Below, piece by piece: positions 23,301 through 31,100 of a stretch of DNA of 64,000 nucleotides (its first letter is position 1; each line of letters starts with the position of its first letter). Both the position numbers and the translations under genes were made by a program. Source of the DNA: a virus; the IMG/VR virus record IMGVR_UViG_3300022833_000005, positions 32,001 through 96,000 of that record. One strand, written 5' to 3'. The notes beneath the pieces were generated by a model, which did no database searches, was not told the DNA's origin, and saw nothing but the letters and a program-made list of their open reading frames with translations.

Positions 23301-24373
23301 AAGCTGCTATAACTAAGGGTACTGTTCCACAAATTGCAACCCAATCAGTATCGAGTGGTCAAGTTAATGATGATTACAAAGTGATGAGTTGGAGTAAGGA
23401 TATTTCAAAATCAGCAAAAGCTGAAATGCGTAAAGCTGGAGATTATTCTTATATCAATAAAGGTTTGTTTAAAAAAGTATATCAATTAGATGGTACACCT
23501 TTAATTCATTCGTATGAAGATACCAAAGGTTTATTAAGGGAATACTTTGTATATAAAATGATAAATGCTTGGGGAGATAGTTTTAGAGCTCAAGAGTTTT
23601 ATACAGAAGCTAAAGAGTCTGTTATTGATAATGGGTTTATAAAAGTGCCAAATGAAGTTTCAGATGCTACAGTTGTAAGTTTATATTCAAAAGAGAAACA
23701 AAAAAAAGTTACTAAATCTAATAGTATAACAGTTGATCAAGCTAATAGTATAAATAATTTAAAAGATATAGAGCCTGCGTATAATCAATTTTCAAATTTT
23801 GATATACAATATGCAATTAATAGGCTAATACCTAATAGTGAAAATAAAAATGTATTGTTTCATGGAACTGGTTTTGAAAATAAAATAACTTCTTTCAAGA
23901 AAAATAAGATAGGTATCTTTGCAAGTGACTTTACTACTGCTGGAGAATATGCAAATTGGGATTCTACAAATAGAGTTAAGGATAACAATGATTCTTTAAG
24001 TAAACCACAAGTGATACCTGTTATTTTTAATTTACAGAATTCAGTTAAATTAGATAGTAAACCTTATGAAGATATTGCTAATGTGTCTAGTTCAAATAGT
24101 ATAATTTCTACAAACACAATAGATCCAATAAATGGTGGTACGCAATATATAGTTAAAGATCCTTCTCAAATAATAATATTAAATTCTGCAACAACAATAA
24201 GTAAGATAGCAGATATAATTAATAAGAAAAATAAAGTATCTTTACCTGCTTATAAAACTATTTCATTACGAGATAAAAAAACTTACAACGCTGAAGATGT
24301 AAATGCTAAAATGCTAGAAGCAATGGGATACAGCCCAGAGCATGCAGGTGCACTTCTTAAAAAATTATGTTAA
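11366..24373 (+). CDS. Giant virion-packaged RNA polymerase (crAss/phi14:2 gp66 type) fused to further domains
   Basis: 4335 aa; AFRIPTQ and catalytic GSDFDIDK (nt 21203-21220); degenerate zincin AYHEVFE (about 17135); N-terminal hydrophobic Gly/Ala helices. Confidence 0.88.
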   Translation: MANNNLLEKAQKGKAIAKPLIPAPTQVSAPNPMVDEAYMQERYGNHSGSRQVTDLPSINYRSPNTSIDISDGGGSSALQDLLKFASGKDESGGGITRTLDEYAQNESGRYDFFMPGSFDNEDAAGQQQGFGSKMVNGIGKGLLLTGTTFLQGTVGLVNGTFQAINDGKFSSFYDNEFNRSLDEANKWSEDAMPNYYTAQESNANWYSPKYWATGNFLWDGVVKNMGFAAGAYFTGGVYTSALKALPYASRLFSVGKAAETLAATEAGLAGTNNVANAYGKIRKLSDTFLKDYKSLNLGGRVLVAGLSTTGEAGIEALHSSNEFRQKLIDKHIEQFGVTPVGDDLEAIDIATEGAGNATFFTNVALLTATNYIQFPKILGSSYKAEKGIINGLVREIDDIAYNAGKFTSVVSKYPKLSKLNKIRPYTFSISEAFEEVSQYSATVGTQDYYNKKYNGEATSWMESIGVGITTGAFSDEGAKNALIGGLSGALMLGRGKYKQSKAKTANTAKAIELLNKTSLSDFTKETINSVNRGTVLQQDREAALKIGDILNSKNIEADYIINYLTPRIKYGRFDLVKADITEYRNLAATEEGFAQLQSEGKALESDTKEAYIARLDRFEETANNTNSLWQSLNLRYSGQLGEDGKPTYTSDVMNKMLYAAAKVADFDVRIPELSGPLASAGIDTIGIVQSLIDGNVEAFNEAIVSIKGMDILADEKEILATQLEDLSEIALERKDFIKAYEDIKNNPKEYAEAPLSGTTGEAATHSSETIKVKTKQGEIEVELGTEYFVGKGVDYSKDPLDTPVTISQFVVEGVNEDGTLKIKTQDGNIKDVSPDVLENFKIGKVSTLENNKTANFFYNNRNDIFEFNFGKNFGGRRRGRLEYQDGKLYFVYLTPKGKVAKKELNNSHFIPQKDFKMPRVSKVGNVNSPQQQEAREQFLSPAEVAAQKATLAKNRDARLEVLSQLGQEATESLEEINKNLEKQTSELNKVKEDLENIEKMKVAGLNGPKIKLNFSKATKVFTQALNKLTKLQNIIEADIADLNNQKEELELNIAYFQDFTNEISDLPEDSDEFLQELKDQVSLLVDNGKNLNNALSAANKLAKGVDKAIKDVTKLFRKTLKGAYIVDQDYSQYLSELLDLVAAGENLAVNWPLLKIEMANFALTSDLSKDATVNDNSLINAIDSVKKLTKDLADMRAEYKARKIITDRFQKIMNEYKAQVSQEEKLTNNNKLVNQLLSTADNGPVIDSSNSVAFEAESKKSNEIIPRATVPVDEDKAHQVRANLFGLNLNSFSNRDSIRGIFVTANTQDQLLPGVIERMLDNNAELIEKFKDGMIIMVMIDESGALVGVDGKPIPKESILLDNAIYQTMPSQSLTSGGMFRESTTQEVKDSVIEQYKAWQKETLSQTTLGIPQEIDASFGSTESNQNNTTSAQDAGLITEDDLEIQDLIYIPTTNKAASKGTVAFNSPFGSVFLELPNGYVKLKNRIHTKAEATAIYDSVLQLAKNMLDVSSGGINSDSSVRILSFLRGVVYWGIPKDQQGNRKETGNNSVFFEKDKATGSLMLVLSKDGTTFKFTPSQLEKNKVLIINKLEQMYNNATGSKSKDINKKFEQIISISIDGEFKSVTWLNYQSYLLSNKNPDGSQREGYQVPLSTTINPEEEGKVNRKGIYFYTTNTADDFIIPEPKAVVKPIVPKVLLPKGAPTVASTDTEFEFTVGGAPTGKWKLDGVSVNTYVSPDGKQIMFTASADTNMDNYTETISILKGGDLDAVIKTITDAGKDFKQILKQTVYNAIASELTVDASQAAYIEAITPAPEVIAQDSEFEFTVVEQSAQDQIDALEDQINNMMSDINSEDLRIAIESEADRIKPENWNKVEAFLKKNFPNLPVYRVKNIIQATNGRQAWGMFKDGAIYVYENAETGTAYHEVFEAVWKMFTDVKEQGSVINEFKSRQGTFVDRPTGKTIKYSDATAAEIKEELAEEFRDYIQDKKIPGKSKGGSFISRLFADLKNFISKFLLGKDAQSKTEELFSKIGNGYYKKHMPYATKLSMAKEGIISIDDAFATSESEFRLKTLSDRQSADVNDEMTFLLINSLIKTDRSLFNIPSLSSTEVYDNLKVGVLTTIRKKEIAINKLLKNGTDLPVGTLLSMVEQNQQLERDVVSDWTRLVERHKEYIRSFEITFDEADNVQLGEENKIKESNKFDATKIDSFKKSNVAIRLLLASNPTYSENGKPVLSSINGRKLMPVSKTFITLMNRLHKSTSIEDMMSKLGSMAMEDPAYKTLYKRITKTDATPGAVDLSKIDTTYGASLLSGMWKTFKKQNPDVKNVFIFDNGEVAVGDAALSSAANQLRSEYINSIATLAKAGKGFFTYDVKQNAYFVSKKKLGAAPTNTYTEMVSFLAQMGIPFTVAEVKRLKGSNQRVFFNAVNGIKRSLAISGKITSLSKKTLDINKRLLELGILKTAIANPEFSSTYFNVSGERTQSFIGTNAASDLHNALSSIQNLSELAGTQYEYILTDSFSKGSNIINRMFTSSGQRKPDIDLFNVAYAGGTINEAKGQQKSSANLTFTQRLAQELNMNLSGQYLNLIPGDASIEWMLNMGNPIHANDFSRGFTDVHDIFKGYFLSEFELSKEDRSIANVKNRETKDLRFFKGILGDSLHADVITTEGTAEEVYIMFETKIKEATEQFIKKDVGRYIKYLQAYGVLSNIDGTYTFKNVDLAADMDANQMIRQLTAINVNYMIANIEMHKLLYSDPYQYKDELKRTKSFNSPRQAIVSNSPKMNVAFNNVWNEGFKKGDVGYTNFTQDYFRTTTHKDVIGIVDLPGYGSYEETDGGGIISQKSYREFRIRASDWNENEELQYRYDVAFEKRDKKIKLSKSEIEILKNKNPAIKSAYTSLKPIVSGSKLGKDGNSSKFNNVVLDKYALYPLSYRILKELNADSNALKLYNKMQNEDVDYIVFDSGRKVGAETSHDTYNKDGSFNDGEYIDIVNIPFSIMSLQSEVPSKGSALVTRGSQVTKLITMDYMDNGVPSDFFSGKEISARYKAWHKLTEKDKKQRSPLYKEIVHNQELLVELTNEGFSTMLVRLGIIEKDGEYIVEDFSEATKTLRDELFKREINDNISDALTGFLDGKSVLEATPAYQQIKNILYSIVDKQIVSPKISGGLKVQIPSALLESTRTEETTINGKKGYTSDVLKFYEDKDGERVMEIMVGRWFKSPKSDAELLEYFNNTKEGQKILSGLAFRIPTQKQNSIDAIRIKQFLPEEFGDNVVVPAGIVAKVGSDFDIDKLSIYLKNVFMNKGDLKLVPFFGFGQQAKDKFAAIFDQGGLFTKEQKRQLDSLGALKAFEVEGLFDTEEGETFKDLLGQMGIVDQEDTLVTFVNEMSEIGVKDAVVNRLYKQSLENEFIQSSENLVTHPSNFQRLITPNSAEQLKALGKFIAEKTTGGTFDYTDVSNMLDRRFMARLRHSFVIGKQAIGIAAVNQTNHSLNQRSAVYVDKDRMSNVSIEDAAWLTVGNGDVNFEKFNTINIDGRNLPSLSGVTNSDGQLISDILGQFIDGYVDISKGPWIMELGAKPNVAATFMFLTKIGVPIDTVSYFMNQPIIREYLQAIENKGYSYLFIQDIVNETLEEYDNRDTSVIERIPTKTLLRGNVGKESFTAKEKNEQQFMLLEFLKYAKMASQLFEVTQGTNFDTSNFNDPYLIFKKGVQLERAKNTIISSVDEILENSFIGNLAGKLNQSRDAMANFLVSDRGTVREIIQKVLLPYTGGNINNKKFVGIARKVVNDLFDYVVQTDQNFNLALQKMLLSDKGVASQLVTFLNQVKKNPRHPLFHNHVINLLEVRAPIRGGDSLPTNITLKNTDNKVYDQNSIIYGFRELKEALEGQSDLYDNIVTLSILQSGLGNSPISFTSLLPYEDFEKIYNKSLSKIENIPNLNEFYTIGVFERNNWSKSDIVPSTSLFSKFDDRKQKFVYPSIEYLPSNVKAAITKGTVPQIATQSVSSGQVNDDYKVMSWSKDISKSAKAEMRKAGDYSYINKGLFKKVYQLDGTPLIHSYEDTKGLLREYFVYKMINAWGDSFRAQEFYTEAKESVIDNGFIKVPNEVSDATVVSLYSKEKQKKVTKSNSITVDQANSINNLKDIEPAYNQFSNFDIQYAINRLIPNSENKNVLFHGTGFENKITSFKKNKIGIFASDFTTAGEYANWDSTNRVKDNNDSLSKPQVIPVIFNLQNSVKLDSKPYEDIANVSSSNSIISTNTIDPINGGTQYIVKDPSQIIILNSATTISKIADIINKKNKVSLPAYKTISLRDKKTYNAEDVNAKMLEAMGYSPEHAGALLKKLC

Positions 24374-24374
24374 T

Positions 24375-27300
24375 ATGGCTACATGTCCAAATAAAAATTT
24401 AGAGTCTTGGAAATTACTTATATCATCAAGAGGTGATGATATGGCTTATTACCTATGGGATAAATACGATGGTGAAGTTCCTAATGCTGAGATGACTCCT
24501 GCTATTGTAAAGTTTAATTTAAAAGCATTAGATATTCTTAATTCTGATAAAGCTATACAAGTTTTTGAAAAAGGTAAGAAGAATGGTTGGGATATTAATA
24601 AGATCTTAACAGAGCTTCAAGTACCTAAAGAGCAAAAGCAGATTATACTATCTAAAAATATATCAACTAGAGAGGAAATCATAACATCTCTATTAGCTGA
24701 AAATAGTTTTACTGTTGAGGTTAATGTAGGAGTAGATGGGAATAAGTTTAAAAGTGATGTGTCACCTGAAAATATAAAAAGTATTAGTTTAGAAGAATAC
24801 AATTCTATAAAAGTAGAAGAGATTGAAAACGGAACTAATAAATTAAAACCTGTTAAAAATGGAATGTACTTTAAAAATAAAAAAGGAGATACTTTTTTTG
24901 AACCAACAGTTGTAGAAAATAGTTCTTTTTACCGAGATTTAACAGTTCCAGGTGGTGCTAATTATACAGAAAATGAAATATCTACACCTGCTATTACACC
25001 TAATATTAAAAGTCATGCACAATTTAGTACAGATAATGGTATAGGGTGGTTTAGAAGTGATGAACAACTTAATGATTTAACAGATGAAACTAAATTTAGA
25101 CCTGTTTATTCTTTAGATAAAATAGTTAGTTATATAGAAATTTCAACAGGATTAGAATATAATAAAAATAGTAAAAAACAAAATACACGTAGAATTTTAG
25201 AAGTACAATCTGATTTATTTCAGAAAGGTAGAGATAAAAAATCTTTAGTAAATAGTATGCCAGAAAAAGGAAACTATAAAATGTTTAAATATGGTGATTT
25301 TAATTATTTTACTGTAGATAATAAATTTTTTAAACAACCTTTAGAAGATAAAAATGATCCCTATGGTGTACCTAAAGAAATTGAAATTAATAAATCTGAA
25401 TATGATTTAGTAGTAAACAAAGAAATTAAAGAAAACAATTTTCTTCAACTACTAAACAAAAAAGGTAATTGGGTAAACTTCTTTATACAATCTATAGTAC
25501 AAGATAGTGTTAAAAAAGGTTATGAGAAAGTATTATTTCCTACAGGTGAAACTGCTGCTAAGGTGGAAGGGCATCAAACTTTAGTTGAAGATATTGCTAA
25601 ATGGGATAAAATTATAAATAAAGATTACAAAACTTGGAAATTAGAAGCTATAGATAATAATTTAGATGAAATTAACGAAAATGTTTGGAAAGGTAATATT
25701 ATATATGCTAAAAATAAAAAAGAAGAATTAAAAACACAAGGTATAGAAAAACTTAAACCTATTGAAGCTTTTTATACCAATACAGTTACTAATATACTTA
25801 ATAAGTTATATGATGTAAATGAAATAACTGATGAGCATGGTAACACTTGGAATGAAGTGACATTAGATCAAAGTTCTGTACAAGGGCAAAATATCTTATT
25901 ACAAAAAGAAAACCAATCTTCAAATAAAACTAAAGCATCTCAAGAAATTTTAAGTAAAGTTAAATTAATTATTAAGAGAATGGGAATAGATATTCAAACA
26001 ATGATTGAATATTCTAAAAATAATCCTAATGTTGATGTAACAAATGTTAATGGTTTAGCTGATTTAATTAATGGTATCATTGCTATATCTGAAGGTAAAG
26101 AAGACATTGCTCTTACAGAAGAGATGGTTCATATTGCTACAGCAATAATAGAGCAGAAAAATCCAAAATTGATTACAGAAATGATATCTAAAGTGGATAG
26201 GTTTAAAGTGTATAAAGAAACCTTTGAACAATATAAAGACATAGCTGCATATCAATTACCTAATGGTAAGCCAAACATTCGTAAAATAAAAAAAGAAGCT
26301 GTAGATAAACTTATAGCTGATCTTATTATTAATGATGGTCAATCTTTTTCAGAACTTACAGAAGAAGAAAACAGATCTATCATAAGAAGAATGTGGGATG
26401 CAATTACAGATTGGTTTAGAGGACAACATAAAGCTAGTAATATAGATTTATTTCAAGAAAGTGCTACTAGAATTATACTAGGTAATTTTGAAGGGAATGT
26501 ATTAGATTTAACTAGTAAAGAAGTTTACTATCAAGCTACAGATGCTCAGAAAAAATTACAACAAAAAATAATAGAGACCAGAGAAAGCTTAAGAAAAATA
26601 GAATCTAAAGAACCTATCAATCCTTTATTAATGGATGAAGAAGGTGCTACTAGTTACTATGAAGTGTTAGTTGATGGTGAATATCAAAGAGTTACTAAGA
26701 GGGTAACTGATAGAGTTAAAGCTTGGTACACACAAAGGTTTGGAAAAAATAAAGATTGGACTGCTCAAGAAAAAAGAGATAATGAAGTTAAACGACAATT
26801 AGGAGTTGATTTTCATAATTATTTTGAGGAGATACATGATAGATTTTTCAATACTGATGGTACAAGAAGAGAAAACTTTGGCCCACGTCCTAATATTCAA
26901 GATGCTACTAAAGATGCAGTGTATACTAAACTAGAAAAGTATTATGTAGATTTAATTTCTCAATTTTCTAGAGATGGAAAAAATCCATTAGTGTTTTCTG
27001 AAGTGATGGTGTATGATCCTAAACTTAAAGAGGCAGGTACAATTGATCTTCTTATCGTAGATCAAGATGGTACATCTCATATATATGATTGGAAGTTTAT
27101 GAGTGTTGCCCAGGGTGCTGAAGATGTTGCTTGGTATAAACAAGGAGCATATAATGTACAACTTGGTAGATACAAAGACATATTAAGATCAGCTTATGGT
27201 GTAAAACAAATAGGAAAGAATAGAGCTGTTCCTATTATAATGGATTTACAAAGAGAAAATCCAAAAGACTTAAAAACTAATTTAAAAATTAAAGGAATTA

Positions 27301-30300
27301 AAATTGGTTCTGTAAACCCTAAAGAGATTCAAGATCTTAAACTTGTTCCAGTATCAGAAGAATCAGAATCTACAGGAATTAAAAAATTAGATGAGTTACT
27401 AGTAAAACTAAATGGTGTATATAAACAAATTACTAAAGATAAACCAATCACTGAAGAAGATAAAACTTTTAAAAGAGAGCGTTTAAATATTCTTAAGAAA
27501 GCTATTCGTACAGCACAGAGTACATTAAATATTGCTCCATTAGTTGATGTAATTAGAGTGATGAGGAAAGAAGGAGAGAATATAATTTCTGAATATAAAA
27601 CTACATATGAAGGAAGACCTGCTACATCAGAAGATTTTAACGATGAGCAACTATCAGATTTTGCAGATAATATAAGAGAGTATGGTGATTTAGCTTCAGT
27701 GTTTCAAGATATAAACATTGACTTAAAGGATTTAATTGAAGAAAAAGAAATTCTTGATTTAATACGTGCTGAGGCAGAAGCAATTAAAATATCCCTATAT
27801 GAAATTAAAGAAATAGCTGGGGAATTTGCAGATAAATTTATTGGTGAGAAAAATCTTGTGACTGGTTTAACTAAACCTGAAAAAGTAGTAAAAGGTTTAA
27901 GTTCTTTATTTAGAGGATTATCAGATTTACCACTAGCATCATTAAAACTTTTATACAAACTTGCTAATCGTGCAATGGGCTTTGCTAATGAAGATGCATT
28001 ACAAGAAGTGAATGACCTTCTCGCAATAAGAGATAAACTAAAAGCTAGAGGTGGAGATTTAAGAAAAACTGTACAGCAAATTTATCAAAAATCTAGTGAA
28101 GGTGGATTAGTAAATAAATTAATATACAGATATAAAAGAGAATTCTTCCAAGAGGTTGATGCAAATGCTGAAGAGGGAAGAAGAAGTAGACAGTGGTTAA
28201 AAGATAATGTTGATTTAAAAGGATATTCAATTGAAGCTTCTAAAATATTAAAAGAAAGACTTTCAAAAATTAATAAAACTTATGATGACGGTGAATTAAA
28301 AGAAAAACTTTTATTAGATGAAATGAGAAAGTGGGATGTTTCTCGAAAAGATTTTAATGGTTTTAATAATTATGTAATCAAAAGACACCCTTTATTAAAA
28401 TGGGAATCTACTGAATATATTAATCTTGCAAAAGATCCAGAGTTATTTGAATTATATAATTATATAACTAAGATAAATAAAAAAGCACAGTCTGTAGGAT
28501 ATATAGAAAATAAAGTGCAATCTACATTTTTACCATTTGTAAGAAAGACTATGGCTGAAAGTTTAGCTTGGGATTTTAGTTTAAGTTCAATAAGTAATTT
28601 TAGTGATAACTTATCAGTAAGAACTTCAGATGTAGGATATGGGAATATTAATGAAGTTACTGGAGAGGTAGAAAATAGTATACCAAAATATTACACTTCA
28701 GATTTTACCAAGGGAGAAGATGGTGTAAATGATTATTCTGATGTAAGTGAAGATATATTTAAGAACATGATAATGTACATTAACCATATGGAGAAGTACA
28801 AATACATGTCTGAAATAGAAGGTCAAATAAAATTAGTTCGTTCAATAGAAACATTCAAAGATCATTTACAAACTTCAAAATTTAGTAAGGTTGTAATGGA
28901 TAGTAATGGTAAACCTATTATTGAAAAAGGAAATGCTGACAATGTAAAAATATTTGATTCATTTTTACAAACTGTTATATATGGTCAAAAATACACTGCT
29001 GATAATACAGATATTGCATTAGGTGATGGTTTACTTACTAGTATTAAAAAAGGTATCAATTCTGTTGCAGGTAAAGAAGTATATAAAATTGGGGATAAAC
29101 CTGGAAGTCTATCTCTAATTAAAACTATTGATGCGATGAATAGGGCCTTTCAATTAAAGACTTTAGGATTTGAATTTATATCAGGTGCTGTAAATATATT
29201 TGGTGGTAACATACAAGTTGCTACTCAGGCAGGAAACTACTTTAAAGCAAGAGAGTTTGCTAAAAATGAAATGATGTTAGTTGGTAATCGATTTAAGAAC
29301 GATGATGAACGAAGTATGTTTATTCAACTTATTGATAAATTCATGCCATTAAAAGATGATCCTACTTATGAGAAGATGAAAGCTGCAGGAATGTCTAAAC
29401 TTACTCAGCAAAACTTTTCTGATATGTTATTTGTATTCTTTAGAGAACCTGAACAACATTTAGAAAAAACAATATTCTACACATTGTTAGATAATATGAT
29501 GGTTGAAGATGGTAAGGTTGTTAGTATTAGGGAGTTTGTAAAGAATAAATATAAAGATAGGTATAGTTCTGCAAGTAATTTTAGAGATTCTAAACAATCT
29601 ATAGATGCAGAAATAGAGTCACTTAAAAAAACAAGATCTATAAATTCTACTAAAAAATTAGTAGATGGTGAATTAGTTATACCAGGATTAGATTTAAGTA
29701 ATAGAGAAGAGTTACAGCGTCTAACTAATTTATCAAGAAGTATTTCTAGAAATGCTACAGGTAACATGACAGATTTTGATACTAGTAGAATGAACATGAG
29801 TGTTTGGACTAGATCTATGATGGTGTTTAAAGGTTGGATTCCTAAACTTTTAGATACTAGATTTGGAGAATTTAGAAAGATAGCTGATGATTTCTCTGTA
29901 GAAATTGGAGAAGATGGAATGACTACTGGAGATAAATATGATGTTGGTAGAGTTAGGTTATTTGGATCCTTTTTAAGTTTAAATATTGCTAAAACAGTTA
30001 AAGAAATAAATGATGTACTTATTGTAAATGATTCTGGTATTCTTAAATTAGATGAAATGTATGCACAATATGCACAATCTTATTTTGAAAGAACAGGTGA
30101 TGAGTTACAAATGACTGCAGAAGATTTCAATGACTTAATAAGAAACAATTTACGTAATCAACTTAAAGAACTTGCAATTCTTATGTCATTATTTGGAGCC
30201 ACCTTAGCTTTAGGGTTTATGGAACCAGAAGATGATGAAGATAAAGCACATAAAAACTTTTATAGATTTGCACAAAGAGTTGTAGATAAATTTACAAGTG

Positions 30301-30599
30301 AATTGATGTTCTTCTATAATCCTATAGAAATGAAAAACATCCTAGATGGGGGAATATTCCCTGCCATAGGATTAATAACAGATGTAGGAAGATTTACAGA
30401 TCATTTCTTTATGGAGACTACAGGATTAGATTGGTCAAACACAGATCTTACAGCAGTTGAAGTGAGAAAAAAAGCTCAACCAATAAAGAATTTAATGAAA
30501 ATGCTTCCTGTAAGTAAATCATTAGTTACATATCTTGCTATATCCAACTCTAAATTTGCTAAAGAGTTTGATGTAACTATTCAGAAACAAAGTAGATAA
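24375..30599 (+). CDS. Large cargo/ejection polyprotein with PD-(D/E)xK nuclease-like and degenerate zincin domains
   Basis: Probable start is MATCPN at 24375 (track gives 24342). SEVMVYD..AGTIDLL...IYDWKF..Y..QL..Y; EEMVH. Follows the RNAP gene. Confidence 0.7.
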   Translation: MATCPNKNLESWKLLISSRGDDMAYYLWDKYDGEVPNAEMTPAIVKFNLKALDILNSDKAIQVFEKGKKNGWDINKILTELQVPKEQKQIILSKNISTREEIITSLLAENSFTVEVNVGVDGNKFKSDVSPENIKSISLEEYNSIKVEEIENGTNKLKPVKNGMYFKNKKGDTFFEPTVVENSSFYRDLTVPGGANYTENEISTPAITPNIKSHAQFSTDNGIGWFRSDEQLNDLTDETKFRPVYSLDKIVSYIEISTGLEYNKNSKKQNTRRILEVQSDLFQKGRDKKSLVNSMPEKGNYKMFKYGDFNYFTVDNKFFKQPLEDKNDPYGVPKEIEINKSEYDLVVNKEIKENNFLQLLNKKGNWVNFFIQSIVQDSVKKGYEKVLFPTGETAAKVEGHQTLVEDIAKWDKIINKDYKTWKLEAIDNNLDEINENVWKGNIIYAKNKKEELKTQGIEKLKPIEAFYTNTVTNILNKLYDVNEITDEHGNTWNEVTLDQSSVQGQNILLQKENQSSNKTKASQEILSKVKLIIKRMGIDIQTMIEYSKNNPNVDVTNVNGLADLINGIIAISEGKEDIALTEEMVHIATAIIEQKNPKLITEMISKVDRFKVYKETFEQYKDIAAYQLPNGKPNIRKIKKEAVDKLIADLIINDGQSFSELTEEENRSIIRRMWDAITDWFRGQHKASNIDLFQESATRIILGNFEGNVLDLTSKEVYYQATDAQKKLQQKIIETRESLRKIESKEPINPLLMDEEGATSYYEVLVDGEYQRVTKRVTDRVKAWYTQRFGKNKDWTAQEKRDNEVKRQLGVDFHNYFEEIHDRFFNTDGTRRENFGPRPNIQDATKDAVYTKLEKYYVDLISQFSRDGKNPLVFSEVMVYDPKLKEAGTIDLLIVDQDGTSHIYDWKFMSVAQGAEDVAWYKQGAYNVQLGRYKDILRSAYGVKQIGKNRAVPIIMDLQRENPKDLKTNLKIKGIKIGSVNPKEIQDLKLVPVSEESESTGIKKLDELLVKLNGVYKQITKDKPITEEDKTFKRERLNILKKAIRTAQSTLNIAPLVDVIRVMRKEGENIISEYKTTYEGRPATSEDFNDEQLSDFADNIREYGDLASVFQDINIDLKDLIEEKEILDLIRAEAEAIKISLYEIKEIAGEFADKFIGEKNLVTGLTKPEKVVKGLSSLFRGLSDLPLASLKLLYKLANRAMGFANEDALQEVNDLLAIRDKLKARGGDLRKTVQQIYQKSSEGGLVNKLIYRYKREFFQEVDANAEEGRRSRQWLKDNVDLKGYSIEASKILKERLSKINKTYDDGELKEKLLLDEMRKWDVSRKDFNGFNNYVIKRHPLLKWESTEYINLAKDPELFELYNYITKINKKAQSVGYIENKVQSTFLPFVRKTMAESLAWDFSLSSISNFSDNLSVRTSDVGYGNINEVTGEVENSIPKYYTSDFTKGEDGVNDYSDVSEDIFKNMIMYINHMEKYKYMSEIEGQIKLVRSIETFKDHLQTSKFSKVVMDSNGKPIIEKGNADNVKIFDSFLQTVIYGQKYTADNTDIALGDGLLTSIKKGINSVAGKEVYKIGDKPGSLSLIKTIDAMNRAFQLKTLGFEFISGAVNIFGGNIQVATQAGNYFKAREFAKNEMMLVGNRFKNDDERSMFIQLIDKFMPLKDDPTYEKMKAAGMSKLTQQNFSDMLFVFFREPEQHLEKTIFYTLLDNMMVEDGKVVSIREFVKNKYKDRYSSASNFRDSKQSIDAEIESLKKTRSINSTKKLVDGELVIPGLDLSNREELQRLTNLSRSISRNATGNMTDFDTSRMNMSVWTRSMMVFKGWIPKLLDTRFGEFRKIADDFSVEIGEDGMTTGDKYDVGRVRLFGSFLSLNIAKTVKEINDVLIVNDSGILKLDEMYAQYAQSYFERTGDELQMTAEDFNDLIRNNLRNQLKELAILMSLFGATLALGFMEPEDDEDKAHKNFYRFAQRVVDKFTSELMFFYNPIEMKNILDGGIFPAIGLITDVGRFTDHFFMETTGLDWSNTDLTAVEVRKKAQPIKNLMKMLPVSKSLVTYLAISNSKFAKEFDVTIQKQSR

Positions 30600-30607
30600 T
30601 AGGTTTA

Positions 30608-30672
30608 ATGCTATATTATAATCCTATATTTCTTATAATATTTGTAAAATACATATATAAAACATAAATTTG
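30608..30672 (+). promoter_or_regulatory. Promoter: ATGCTATATTAT motif plus -7 box TAAATTTG
   Basis: TAnnTTTG at 30665-30672; the same 12-mer recurs at the same spacing at 40471. Confidence 0.55.
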
Positions 30673-30677
30673 TACAC

Positions 30678-31076
30678 ATGAGAACAGCTGAAATTTGCCC
30701 AACTTGTGCCACATTCCAAAATGCTGAATGCATTATTTACAATGGCCCATACCTTTCTAATATTATTGTAAACCCTTTAGATAGTTTACAAACTATATTA
30801 ATTGCAATTAATAATAACTTAATTCCTTTAACAGGAATAACTGCAACACCTCCAGCAGGTGTACCTGCAACTTTTGTAGGTCAGTTATATTTAAGTCCAA
30901 ATAGTCCATTAGTATATTATGCATCCACTTCGGGTACTGCTGATGATTTTGAGGTATTAATAACTGCACCAAAAACAGGAGTTCCTCAATTTTCAAATAA
31001 TGCAGCTGCTGTATTTGCAGGTTTAATTCCTGGACAAATATATAGAACAGCAGACTTTCTTAAAATAGTTTATTAG
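30678..31076 (+). CDS. Short fibre-like structural protein, paralogous at both termini to the next gene
   Basis: N-terminus C..YNGP.L.NI and C-terminus AGLIPGQIY...LKIV mirror those of the 1181-aa ORF. Confidence 0.5.
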   Translation: MRTAEICPTCATFQNAECIIYNGPYLSNIIVNPLDSLQTILIAINNNLIPLTGITATPPAGVPATFVGQLYLSPNSPLVYYASTSGTADDFEVLITAPKTGVPQFSNNAAAVFAGLIPGQIYRTADFLKIVY

Positions 31077-31100
31077 AGAAATAACAAAATTCAATATTAT

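Noticed and set aside
1725-29797. Many 60-120 aa antisense or alternate-frame ORFs inside the large genes
   Set aside because: Fully nested in long genes, no recognisable motifs, composition typical of antisense frames
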